Source of the DNA: Camelus dromedarius
Taxonomy: Eukaryota
NCBI RefSeq assembly: GCF_036321535.1
Contig: NC_087436.1
Coordinates: forward strand, 68,698,001-68,762,000
Length of the DNA: 64,000 nt
Direction: 5' to 3'
The position numbers and the translations under genes were made by a program. Shown here one piece after another: positions 39,032 through 52,199 of the stretch (position 1 is its first letter; each line of letters starts with the position of its first letter). The notes under the pieces are model-generated. The model saw only the letters and a list, made by a program, of their open reading frames with translations, was not told the origin of the DNA and ran no database searches.

Positions 39032-41369
39032 ATATATTTTTATGTTTTATGTTTGGTGTATATATATATATATACATATATACACACATATATATTAGGT
39101 TAGAATAATATAAATATTTCACATTTATATTTTCATATATTTTATTTATATCACATATCATATTTTATATACTATATATCCATGCATATAATATTGTAGG
39201 TATGTTTGTATGTTTGTGTGTGTGAAAGATGTTTCTAATATGTATTTCAAGATACATCAAAATGACTATACTAAATGTTGATTAGTTTAAAACATTCACA
39301 TTAATTTTATTTGCAAAATCAAATACCTATCAGAAAATTTATTTTTTTAGTCATTCCCTGAATAGATGATAGTCCCTGAAGACATATTTACTAGATCCCC
39401 AATGCAGGTAATATTTGAAATCTTAATCTTTTTAGAAATTTCATTTTACTTAAAAAAAAACTTTGACTATTTATTTTGTCAAAATTATATGTGCATCTTG
39501 CACATAAAATTAATCTCTCAATATTTCCATGGAATTGTGATGCTCATGAACTCTTTTGGTTGATAATAAAATAAAAAACACTAAAATACATCTTACTATG
39601 TAAAAGTTTAGAAGAAAACACTTTTCAATATGACCAACTCGCTTACTGAGTCTAGAATAGCGTACAAAAGTTTTGGAAAAAGAAAAGACTAAATGATGTG
39701 GTAAAACCCTGGTAACTCAAATTCCTGTAAATGAGTATTATCCTAAAGCATCCTCTTCCATACCCACAGGTATGTCTGCATATTTTACTCAACACAGCTT
39801 GCCATGGAATAAGTCTCAAAAAAAAAACGTGGAAAGTGGAGAACGAAATTTGATGTGGCAAATAACTTGGAGTATAATTTCTGTGTGTGTGTGTGTGTGT
39901 AATTCCTAGATTCAAAAGGAAAATTAAACTTTGTCAGCATCCAGATTCTTTAAAATATTTTCTAAAAATACAATGTGAGACATTTAAATTCAATTTTTTT
40001 CTAAGTGTTATTATATGAGATGTTGGTTGAAAAATAGACCCCTTATTCAACAGAATTGGGGGTCTTAGGTGGGAGTTGACATAAGGAATAGAAAAACTTC
40101 ATTTGATTTTAGCAATATGCCTTAATTTTCCAGTGTTTTCTATCTACCAAGTGTATCTTGAAGCCATTCAGGTGTAATAATGGTAAGGTGGTAATGATAC
40201 TGAGGATCATTTAGCAATTTCAGAAAGTATTGCTTGCCAGAGAGTTTTACTTAAAAAATTATTATTTCCTTGAAAGGATGAAACCACAGTCTATCTACAC
40301 ATTTCTCACATACTGTTTATGGAGCATAAGGAGCTGAGCAAGTTAACATGGACAAAAAACACATTAATTAGAGCCAATAGCAAAACATTTTTACTAGTTT
40401 TTGTTAATTAAATCTTACGGATTAACATCACAGTTTAAGAGAGAAGATTTCAGGGATTCTCTTACAGCTAATTAATCTAAATATTAATGTGAATGTGTAA
40501 AATGACAAAGTTGTTCATCGAGAAGTTACATTCTGCTCAATTTTGTACTGTTCACCTAGAATCTAAATGTTGGCAAGATATCAAAACCAGAAACGTTGTC
40601 TATAAAGATTTTGTTAAAATATGAGTCAGGCTCAATAGGTTTATCAAGGCATGCATTTTGAAGTGACAGGAAGGACAGCAATGTGCATGTGAACATTTTC
40701 CTGTGTGCTAATTTGATTAGCTTAAGAATAAAAAATTATTTATCCATCTGTGTGTCCCACAGAAACAGTCAGAACATTTCTTTAATTTTTGGGCCAACTG
40801 CTATCTGTAAGTATATGGCACTGCTAATGGAAAGAAATAAAATCCTCTCTTGTTTTTGTTTCCAACTGAAATGTTAAATCATACTACTAAAAATGTGTGG
40901 CAGTGAAGCAATGTGCTGTTTCAATAATTAGATATTAAGACCTAAAATTCTGTCTACCACTTAGGTAAAATAGCAAGCATATTGTGAACGCAAGTATTAA
41001 TGTCTCTATATTGACACACACTATTGAAATTGATACATATAACTATCCTGTGTTCTTTCAATTTTCAAAGTGAAATTATCTTTTTAAAAGTAAATCCCCC
41101 AATTTTACTTCAGTAATTTCAGCAATTATACATATACTTTTGATGAATGCTATAATTGTGATGGAAAGATTTCTCACAAAAACTACCAAGCAAAACAGAC
41201 TCTAAAATTTATCCATCCTAATCATTCTTGATTTTCTTTTATTTCCACAAAGGGTCATTTTGAGACTTTAAAATACAAATAAAGCAACTTTCACTAATTT
41301 GGTCCCTTCAGAAAATTTCCCTGAGGAGCAATGGCAAGCCGTCCTGCTGCCCAGCCCCCTTGAGCCCAC

Positions 41370-41425
41370 CTGTTCTGCAGCACGGTCCATGCCTGCTCTC
41401 TCCGCAGAGGCTGTCCCTTTGCCAT
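41370..41425 (-). CDS. TMPRSS11C: TMPRSS11C (neurobin) exon 1 coding part: MAKGQPLRREQAWTVLQN(R)
   Basis: aacATGG strong Kozak; resembles mouse Tmprss11c N-terminus MARGQPRRSEEQWTALQNR (recalled); AG|gtgggc donor, phase 2. Confidence 0.88.
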
Positions 41426-41489
41426 GTTCTCCCCGAGTGCCGTGTGGCACAGTCATTCTCCACCTATGTAGCTTACAAGATCCTGTAAC

Positions 41490-41496
41490 TTTTATG
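41490..41496 (-). promoter_or_regulatory. TATA-like box (CATAAAA) of TMPRSS11C
   Basis: About 65 nt upstream of the ATG; would place the TSS near 41465. Confidence 0.4.
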
Positions 41497-44400
41497 TGCT
41501 TTATGATAATGGTCTAATGAAAATACTTAGCACTCACAAATTTTCATCTTCAAAGCACTTTGAAGATTTCCTAATTAATTGTGCGTTAGCAAAACATGAG
41601 CTATATATATGCTGCTTCATAAGTAATAAATAATCAGATGACCCAAGTAGAGGCAAAATTTAAAACTCCCAGTTGTTATGACTGAGGAAGGAATCAGGTC
41701 ACCTGGTTTGAGGATAGCCAGTCTTCACTCAGTTCTGCATTTAGTGAATCTGGAGAGGGCAGCTGCACTTCTTACTGTCCAGACTGCGGCAGTTTCTTTA
41801 TTGCCTTTTGGTGGAAGGCCAATGACTCTCCCAGCTCTAACCCTCCATTAGGATCTGAATACTCTCCAACTTGTAACTTGCCTCCTTTGACACATCTCAT
41901 CCCTTATGAATTCCTCCCTGAAATTTTTACTGCTACCAGAATACTAGCACTCACTAAGAGTTTTTATTCCCTGAAACCTAAAGGGTGTTGATTTTTTTGT
42001 TAAAAGTATATATATATGGGTTTAACTAGTCATTTTTCAAAGTTTTGGATAGCATTCTGGTTCTTAGCAGATACTGGCATGGAGAACAGATAAGACACAT
42101 TCTAATGTTTAGCCACCAGCCAGAGGCCAGCGACCAGCAGTATAAACTTGGAGAAAGGCTTCCCTGGGTAACAGTCTTTGTTAAAGAGATACGAACTTAT
42201 TATACGATCAAGGAGAATCATTGTTTTACCTATGCTACTTCCTTTTCCCCAAAAAACATGCGAAGGGAAAGGTAATCAGACTAATTATCTTTGTATTAGA
42301 ATGAAAAATAACCATAATGGCAGTTCTCGTATCAATTATTAATGAGACCTTGGATCAGATACATTTGAATTCTCTAACAATTTCTACTTTGATTGTGTTT
42401 ATTTGAGCATTCCAGACTATGTTTTTACAACTTTCTTCAAAATATCTATTAAGTTCTTTTATTTGCTATTGTAAATCCTACTCATCCTTTAAGATAGGTC
42501 AATCCTTACATTCTCCCTGTGATCTTCTCAAAATGTACTGCTTTATCATCATGAAGTCATGGGATCTTGCACCTTGCTGAGTTCTTTGTGCCATCACGGT
42601 GCTTAAGCCCTTGAATAGGGAGATTTCACAGTGTATCAAGGCTGTGACACCCTGAGGCAGGGTCCTTGTTGAGTTTGATGACTGTGGGGGCTAGTAGCCT
42701 ATTTATTCCATGGCTGTAAGCAGTGTGCAGAAATGAACGTGAGAAAGCTGACTGACCTGTTGGAGGCTGCCAACAGTTAGCAGCATGATCTGCTGAGTCT
42801 GAGACAAGACTGGAACCAAGGCTTCTGAGAGGACAGGTGTAGAGGGTTGATAATGCCTGCAGATGGGCAATGTGCATCTCAGGAGTTGATAACCTGGACA
42901 GATGATGACTGTAGATCAGTCCCTTAGCCCCAGTGCTTGACATTATATAAGCTAGGTCACCTGGAACGTAGAGAACAGGGAGGAATATAGTAACTTGACT
43001 GAGTTTTAAAACCCCAAACTGCCTAAGAAAACTAGATTGACTAAATCTACCAAGAATAGTGTGTACAGCTGCTATAATTAGGCAGGATGGGGGCTTGAAA
43101 GAGACATAATTAAGAAAATTACTTTTTTGGGGGATATACTCGAGTTCATGGCAAAAAAATATCATACCAGCTAGAGAAGTGTGAATATGAGCTTTATAAA
43201 GGCAGACTTTAAGTTATACAAAAAAGGGGTTTTCATAAAAGTTTCAGTTTTAAAGCAATGAGATGTTTAGAAGTATCAAGGAAAGACATAGAGTAGTAGC
43301 TTTAAAAAATTATGTAGAAGAAAGATGCCATAAAAAGGGGCTATATGGAAGTTACAACCCTAAGTTTCTTTTTAAATTCCATAATTTCATGTGTTTGACA
43401 GTGTCTGCCATGTATATCTAACATTTGTGATGACGGATACAAAAACACTTTAAAAAACTGAAAGTACCTTCTTTTTCTCTTATTATAAATCTAAGTGTTC
43501 ACTTTAAAAGCTATCATTTAAAAAATCAACTAACCATTGGACTGAAATGAGAAATATTTAAAAACTAATTTTAAGTAAATATTAATGGATGCATTGACAT
43601 ATAAACTAAATGAAAAGTTAAAACCTTTTAATAATTATCATAAGCAGCATAAAATGTTAAAAGATAAAATATAAGGTGAATAAGGCAGAATCCAAATTTG
43701 TATTATATTGTTGGAGGAGGTCATGGAAAGGACATGACTGCCAGTTGACCTGCAAGCTGCACCTGGGCAGTGGAGGTTCCTTGTTGGTTCCTCTGTCTTT
43801 GGAGTGTGTGTTCTGCCCACCGTTCCCACAGTGAGAGCTGTTTTCAAAGCCATGGCCTTGAGAGAGCAATGTATTGCTGGGATCAACTGGACAGTATATG
43901 TGATTGAACCCAGTTAAGGCCTTAAATAAACTTTTAAGATTCTGGCGGAGATCTGTTCTTGCAGCCACCCAACACAAGTCCCGCGTGCAAGTTCTTGCCA
44001 CCAACCAGTTTGGAGTGGTCTGCCTCTTTCTTCAGTCTCTCCTTGTTCTCTGTGTACAGGGGCCAGTTTGGGAACCAACAGTTATGGTTACAAACTAAGT
44101 AAAATTATGTATTTAGATGAGGACTGAAAGAGAATGAGAAAGTGAAAGTTGATAACTGATCACTAGCAGTTACTAGTTTTTTAAGCTTTTAATTATTTTC
44201 CATTATTATAATGTGGTTCATAATACATTCTTTTAAAGCAAACATTTAAAAAAGTTTTGGCTTAGTCATTCATAGTCACTTTGAACATTTCAGGTGAAAT
44301 TTTAAAATGGATCTCAGTTAAAAGTAAGTATAAAATACATGTTATGCCCTTTTCTATCCAGTTTTCAAATAGAAAACATTAAAGAAGAGAATGTTTGGAA

Positions 44401-45963
44401 AACCACAAAGGATAAGACATAAAGATATTTCAATGTTTAAAAGGCACTTGGGAAAGAAGAAATTTTATTGGTTTTTAAATATAACAAATAAGCCACTTAG
44501 AAGACATTGTTCTATGCAAAAATTTTTATTTGGAATACCAAGAGAGCCAGTCTAAATGGTAATCCTAAAATATATGCAATTCATAATTTGAGAAACAATA
44601 TTATGAATAATGAATGAATTTAAAAAGTTATTGAGTATATATGTGTATACTCATTGTTGATAATTCATATTTTAACTATTTTTATAAAAATTATTCAATT
44701 CATAAGAACTAGTCAAATTCTCTATCCTTACCTGAGAATACTCTTTGATTTTTTTGCTAATGTGTATATGATTGTGTTGATATGAATATATTATTCCATT
44801 GAGTTCCATAATTTTATGTGTTTGAAAGTGTTTATGTCTCTGCATCTGTGTCCCTGTATGTGCCCATCTCATCCTTTAGCTCTGTAACCTTTAATAAATC
44901 AGGCTGTATATTTGGAAAATTTTTTGACAGAATATTACTGAAGTTTAGATTTTCCATATGTATTTTGATTTTGGAGACCATAATAAAAATAAATGGCTGA
45001 ATATATGATAAAATTTCTTCTGGCTATAATCTCCATCAACTCTGAGAAAGTAATTTTTTTTCTTTAATGCTACTGAATTTTAACTTTTATTCCTTAATTT
45101 ATTCAAACATTCATTGAATGTCTATTATCTCTTATGCATTGTGATGGGGATTCTGAGATGAAAAATAAGCACATTTTAACTTACTGAAAAGTTAAATCCC
45201 ATTAGGATTACGTGGAAAATTTGTGTGCATATGTTGCGTGATTGTGTAAATCTCATGGGAAACCTGTGACATAAACTGGTCATAAGGTTAATTGCTATAT
45301 ATTTTTGTCTCCTCAGTCTCAGTGATTATATCATTCAATGTTATTGAGTTCCATAAGAAACCTAACCTGAAAATACATGATATGAACATACATCTTGCTT
45401 TCTTAAATGTTAAAAACTTACCTGAACATTTAGAATCCAATATGTTAAAATGTAGGAGCCTTTTAAAGTTTTTCATTTGTGTGTAATTTGAAATATATAT
45501 TCATGTATCAGTAAAAAATTTTAAGTGATGGATGATTTCAAGTCTCCTTAAAGCAAACATTATCATTGAGAATATTTACATAGGTTGTAAGCCCTCCCAT
45601 TCTTACTCCTCCTTTTTCTTTGTCTCATTTACAAGACTTTTTAATTGGTTCACTTTTAATTCATCATTAAAAAAATTTCAATTTCACTTTTAAAATTTAA
45701 GAACATATTTTAGAGGATTATCATTAAAAAATCTTATTTTGGAGTCAGGGTAAAAGAATCCCTCTAATTAGACAACTCTTTCTAATGAGAGAGTTCTTCT
45801 AATTTTCTTAATGTTTGCCATGAGGAGAGTGTTACAATTACGTCTCTTCACTTGCATTTTACCCTCCAGATTATGTGAAACTACAAAGAAAGGAAAGTCA
45901 CACTTACATCTCGGGACGCACAACTGGTGAAGAAGGGAAGTCTTCATTTCAATCTCCTGCCAT

Positions 45964-46488
45964 TGTTACGGACCCTTTGGACTTTGGCTCCAGCAAGGGT
46001 CCTCCTGACCGGTGTCTCCCTTCAGCAAGAGAACACGACTGAGTTCATCTCAGAGACAAATAAAGTTTTATTCTTTAGTCAGAGAATGAAGAGGTGCAAG
46101 CTCGGGGTCTCGAGTATAGGTTCCCGCTCACAGGCTGTGGGCGGGGCTGCTTTAGAGGGTCTCGTCAGCGAGGCGGGGGCGGGTTCTTGCCGGGCGGTTG
46201 CAGCGGCGCTGCGGGCGGCTCCAGATCGCAGTGCCCGGCGCAGCGTCTCTGCACACGGCCCCCGCCGCCATCTTGAGTTGTGTTGTGGCGCGGGTTGCTT
46301 CTGCGTGCGGTGGGCGCCAGGCGGCTCTGCCCTGGGAGCTCTAATCCTGCGAGTTAGGTGCAAGGCTTCCACACATGGGCCCCTGTAGGCGAGTGCCACT
46401 AGACAAAGTACAAAGGAAGAGGTTAGACCGTATCGTGTAGATTCCATCTTATTTTTCCCAGGAACCCTGGTGGGCTTCGCCAGCGACA
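45964..46488 (-). mobile_element. Solo ERV LTR (ERV1-like), CpG-rich
   Basis: TG...CA ends (tgttac / gcgaca), 4-bp TSD ccat/ccgt, minus-strand AATAAA at 46067-46072. Confidence 0.75.
46100..46360. promoter_or_regulatory. CpG-island-like core with GC boxes and YY1 motif
   Basis: About 28 CpGs in about 250 bp (hand count); GGGCGG boxes near 46139 and 46177; CCGCCATCTTG at 46265-46275. Confidence 0.65.
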
Positions 46489-47918
46489 CCGTGGGTAAGT
46501 GTTACCTCCAAATTAAGGGCATTTTATTTTGCGATTGTTGTTTCCTGAGCTAGGTTTGAGAAAAAATGAAGTTAGTCAATTTATATGACATGCTGGACAA
46601 ATTTATAGAGAAAAGTTTTAGTGAAGGGATTGTAAAAAGCTTCAGAATTTTAGAAGAAAAAGGTTTCCATTTTACTGCCGACTAAATGGAAATTTCTTTT
46701 TTTTTAAAACTAGAATATAATTAGATAGACCTTGATATCTGTAGGATAATTTTAAAGTTTTTTGTTTTTTAATTTGTCTAGGTAGTACAAACATATCTTT
46801 GGAGCCAGTGTTGATGTGTATTGTATAATTTTATTTTTTATAGCTTATAATTTTGATAACTTTATTCAAATTTGTATCTTTCTCATTAAGTCGCTCTGAC
46901 TGCCAGAAGTAGAGAGAAAGTGATATATTTAAGGCTGAAAAGAAACAGGATTGTATCCTAAGACTATTCAGGACAAACAAAGGTTCAGTGAAATTACCCT
47001 TTGAGCATGCATAAATCATCACAAAAGGAACAAAAGGCGACATTTTTTTTTTTCAGGTGACCCACGATGAATGAGTATGAGAGGCATTCAGTTAGGACAG
47101 CATTAGAACCTTCTAGCTCTAAAGTTTAAAAATTGCAGATAATGTTTGATTCAGTTAACTGAAAGCTACTGTAGTTCTGTTGTTTAAAAACTAGAGTACA
47201 ACACTACTTCTGACTGACTTTCTTAAAATCCAGAAGTTTTCACCAATGCTTTTCATGCTTTCATCCTAGGTTCCCTTTCATTGCATTGATATGTATGAAA
47301 GCTTTATTTTTCTTTCCTTCAGAGGAGGGAGTTTCATTGGAGGCAGTGACTAGAGGGAGTTCAGGGGATGCATCAAGTCCTTGGGGCTGTCCATTCTTAC
47401 AGGAATTAAGGCCCAAATCAGAACGCTTTTATTATAATGAAGAGTTTGAGGTTTTAAGAAAGGGATGATTAGGACAAGCTGAATAAAATGTTTGAGAGTT
47501 CTATTTACAAATAAACAAAACACAACCTTTTATTACTTAAAACATGTTTACTTTTATTATTGCAAGTACAATTATTTAGTCTGAATCATTTAACATGAAT
47601 TATTTAACTCTGAATCACTTGAGCTGGTTTCTTGTTACTAAATGGGATTGTATGTATCTTTTTATTTTACCCTCAAAAATTTATATCTTAGGAAAATTAC
47701 TTATTATGGAAGAAATAGAACCAGATATTTGAGTTAGTACTATGCACACTAGAAATATTAAGTATAACAACGTTAACATTGATAGGCAATCCTGCTAAAA
47801 ACAAATATATACATAATTATTAAAAGATTAATGCAGATCATGAACAGAAATAAAATACTTTTTCTGCTATTCATTGTGATACATATTTAAAAGGAAAAAA
47901 AAAGTTTCACATATTTCC

Positions 47919-48390
47919 TGTTGTGGGACATGAACGTCTTGTTGGTGACACTGTGACTCTCAGGTTGGTAAAAGAGTTTACCAGACATAAAGTATGAGAA
48001 TAGAAAAGGAGTCTTAGGGGTATGCTGCCATAGACAACAGCGTGCCACACAGCCGAGAGGGGCCTATGTGAGCCTTGGGGGCCAGTTGTTGGGGTGTTTT
48101 ATAAGGTGGGTCACAAGGTGCCTGATCGGCTTGTGCACAAGTCTGGTTGCAGGTGAGGTAAGAAGTTTAGGGTCCATGATGGGCAGTGGGGTTTATGAAC
48201 TCTGATAAGGTGGGCTGAAACGAGCCAGCCTGAGCTATTGTGAAATTATGCATTACCGAGGGCTATTAGTTTGTTAGGGGAAACACAACCAGTAAAGAAT
48301 GTACTTTGTCTGTTGAGAGATCACAGGCAGACATCTGAGAGCCCAGAGATGGGGGCCGTTGGACTTTGAAGGATGTCAGTTGGCCCCACA
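47919..48390 (-). mobile_element. Solo LTR, 472 bp
   Basis: TG...CA ends, perfect 5-bp TSD tttcc (47914-47918, 48391-48395), minus-strand TATAAAA near 48100. Confidence 0.8.
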
Positions 48391-50925
48391 TTTCCTTCAA
48401 GGGTACTTTCCTGAATGACCTGAGAATTATAGATTGCTTCCCTCACCATATTTGGGCTGCCCATCAATGCTCTGCATCAGAGATGTGAAAAACAGTACAC
48501 ATACAGGAATGCACATAAAACGTAAATGTACAACTCAGTGACTTACTATAAAGCAAATAGATATCCGTAGAAGGTTGCTAACAAACCAGCAGCTCTCTGC
48601 CTTTCCCTTCCCTATTACTGTTCTACCCTGCTCCTCTAAAGGTAAACATTGTCTTATATATTTTTGGTAATAAATTACTTGCTTTTTAAAAATAGCTTTT
48701 CATGACTAGGAATGAATTTCTAAACAACATAGTTTTTAAACTAATACAATAGTATAGTATGTAGTCTTTTGTGACTGACTTCTTTTAACTTTGTGTTTTT
48801 AAAGTTTGTTCATATTGTTAGGTGTGGCTGTAGTCTCTTCATTTTTGTTGTTATATGGTATTCCATTGTACGGATATAACATTTATTTATCCATTTTACT
48901 GTTAATGGACATTTGGTTGTTTCCACTGTTTGTCTATGAAGAATAATGCTGCTTTGAATATTCCTACACATGTGCACCCATTTCTAGAGTATTCACTTCA
49001 GAGTAGAATTGCTAGGGCATAGGTTATGCAGATAGCCTTTACTAGATAATTCCAAAAATTTTCCAAGTTAACACAATTTATCCTCCCCCATCTTTGCCAG
49101 TGCTTTATATCTTCAGACTTTCCATTTTTAATCCTTTACAAGTGTGCATTTGTGATATATTACAGTGGCTTTATTTTTAATTTTCCTTTTTTCTTTACTG
49201 TTTTATATATTTCTTTACTCTAGGTAATTTGTTTCATGGTCGTGCACCAGATTAAACAGACAAACAAATGTCCCAATACTCTGAAATTCTTCTTTCTCTC
49301 AGATTTTATGCTCTCTCAAAACTATTTGCTTATCATGGGTAGAATCTTAGACTAGAAAGCACCATAGTAATGATCTGCTTTGAAGCTTGACCTACTGCAG
49401 AAATCTTGTAAAACATTTCTGCAGGTGATCATCCAGCTTCTGCTTAAATACCCCCCATGATAAGGAAACTTTCTTCAAAAGAAAACTGATTCTTATAGAA
49501 ACGAATCTCTAGAAATATGGGAGGGAGGTGATAATCTGTTTTCCCCATAGGAAATTAATTAAACTGATTGACTAGAAATGGAATGGACTAGGATTTGAGA
49601 TTTGGATTATGTAGACATATAAAAAATAAAAAACTTTATTTTGGATCGTTTGAAGCATTTAAGATTTAGTAAACTGGAAAACAGGAATTGGATTATATAA
49701 ATTAGAGACTATGACATGTTAAAGTAAATAACCTGAGAAGTTCTTGGCTCCCTTATCTCTAACCACAGAGTAATTAGTATGGTTCATGATAAATGATGCT
49801 CTGGAAGACTCACTTTTGATATTGTTATAAAATATTTTCCCCAAGGATTCTAGAAACTTCCTGCTTCTTTTGTTATCTTGTAATAAATATCTTATTCCTT
49901 ATCATTGCATCCATTATGTTATGTTGTATGTTAGTCATATTGAGTGTCTAAAGGCCAGGACTATGTCTGTTTATCTTGGTTTCACTAGCATATAGTAGAG
50001 AATAGTATAGTGTAGTAGAGAGTCTGGAACATACAGGGCTCAATAAATTTGTAAAATGAATAAATGATCTACACTCTGTAATTAAAATTTCCAAGTAATG
50101 TTATAGTCAATTGCTTGCTCTAAACTTTCTTGAATAATTCTCATTTCATTAGTTCTATTCACTAAACTCAGGAGGTTTCAATTTGAACATCAAATATACA
50201 CTTTGTTTGCCAATAAAAGAAAATTAGTCAGTGTTTTCTATATGCTGGAAAGGATTCTCCTTGGTATTAATAAGTTTTCTGGGGACTTAATTAGGATGCT
50301 AGAATGTTTCTTCCAGAGTTTCCAGAATGATTTTTTAGGAACTGGAAAGATTTATGAATCATCACCCTTCCCATAAATACTCAAAACTGCTTTCATGAAG
50401 TTACTTAGCTATCAGGGAGACAGAACTCATCAGTACATTAAAAAAAAATCTCTTAAAATAGGTGTTTTTCTGGTGTTCAAATATCTTTTCATAAAAATAT
50501 GACTATTTGCTAAATATTTTATTTTCAATAAATAATTGAATTTGCTATTTTCTGCTAAATAAGTAGAATTTCTGCTTTTAATACATAGAAATAAACAAGT
50601 ATGTTTATGATTATGTGATGGTATGTGCACACACACATACGAACACACCAACACACCCACCTACCCACCTACAAACACACTCCCCTTGATGCTTACTGTA
50701 AATTACTAGTTTAATATTGTCCTCAGAGGGTGCAGACAGGGAGTGGCAAGCTGGACGCTTGCCTTAGTTATAGAGCTTGATTATAAGGCAGCAGAGAGTG
50801 TCAAGTCTTTAGAGTCTAGTTGGCAATCCTCTTGTTGGAAAACCAATTAAATAAATTGTTTTGGATTGTCTTTCATAAATTGTAACTTCCATAAATACTT
50901 AGGCAGAGAAATGATTTTAAAAGAG

Positions 50926-50931
50926 TTTATT
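50926..50931 (-). terminator. Candidate polyadenylation signal of TMPRSS11D
   Basis: AATAAA on the minus strand about 1.1 kb after the stop; other AATAAA copies occur near 51233-51248, so the one used is uncertain. Confidence 0.4.
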
Positions 50932-51409
50932 TGAAAGAGAGTGTACCAATGATTTGTCTGTATGTTTCACTGAAAGTTGGTTTAATTTTCAAATTCTTCA
51001 AAGTGAATGACTTCAATATAGGTCTCTTACAATTTTACATGAAGAAATACAAGATGTTTTCATCACAATGCAAGTAGTTGTTCTGATACCCCGGTGTCAT
51101 GAGTAAGCTTTTAGCAGCAGAAGCCCTGACACGTAGATGATTGTGCATAACCAAGCTTTAGCTGCGGTAGAATCCCATAAAAATTCAGTAACATTCGTAA
51201 TTCAGACTACATAAATTGTTGTGCCATTAAATTTTATTCAGTTTTATTAGGTAGGTAGAATTTTTACAATTTGACTGCACATATACAATATATTGCATAT
51301 ATACATAAATACAATATACTGCACATATTTTAAAAATTTACATATATGTACTGTTCATTTTTTCTAAGAGTGTTTAGAACTTTAGCTTTTTAAACTTGCA
51401 TAGTTACCA

Positions 51410-51615
51410 AAGAAATAAAGCCAACCACAAAATAAGAATTAATTCAAAAAGATACATTCACCCCACTGTTAACAGCAACTTTATTTATAATAGCCAAGAC
51501 ATGGAAGCATCCCAGATGCACATCAACAGCTGAATGGATAAAGAAGATGCAGCATATATGTGTAATGGAATACAATTTACCCACAAAGAAGAAGGATATT
51601 TTGACTTTTGTGGCC
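51410..51615 (+). mobile_element. L1 ORF2-end fragment inside the probable TMPRSS11D 3' UTR
   Basis: aaaagatacattcacccc...ataatagccaagacatggaagc...gaatggataaagaagatg. Confidence 0.8.
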
Positions 51616-52037
51616 CTCTTTCACTTTTTTTTTTCACTTCAAAAACCACCCATCAGCTTCAGTGAGATGTCCTCGGAGGAAACTCCTCTGACCCTGCGGA
51701 CTTGTCCAGGTTCCTCTAGTTGCCACTCTCAGGGTACCTGTTTTTCTCACTAATAGCACTTACATTATCACAATTGTCATAAAATTGTTATTGCTGTAAC
51801 TAGTATACTATGCCTCCCCTGGCACACAGCCACAGTATTATGCAGCATTCATACAGTTTTCTTAAGAAAATATAAAATCCATAGTAATAGAGAAAGACTA
51901 GTGTTTGTGAAACATTTTTGTAACATAATGTTGAAATAGGACATTTTCGCTTCCTTTTGCAGCTGAAAAGTGAAGTTTTGGAATTTTAGACAGGCACATT
52001 TGCATACGGACTTTGCAGCAGAGACATATTTACTGCA

Positions 52038-52199
<162 letters not shown>

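Noticed and set aside
39787..39805. ATG GCA AGC on the minus strand as TMPRSS11C start
   Set aside because: Stop after six codons; the matching exon 1 is at 41370-41425
42626..43165. 179-aa minus-strand ORF upstream of TMPRSS11C
   Set aside because: No domain similarity or splice context; likely chance or repeat-derived
45927..46489. Overlapping 153-aa and 136-aa ORFs on both strands
   Set aside because: Expected from stop-poor GC-rich LTR sequence; no recognisable domain
45964..48390. The two LTRs as ends of one provirus
   Set aside because: Sequences are unrelated, each has its own TSD, and no gag/pol lies between
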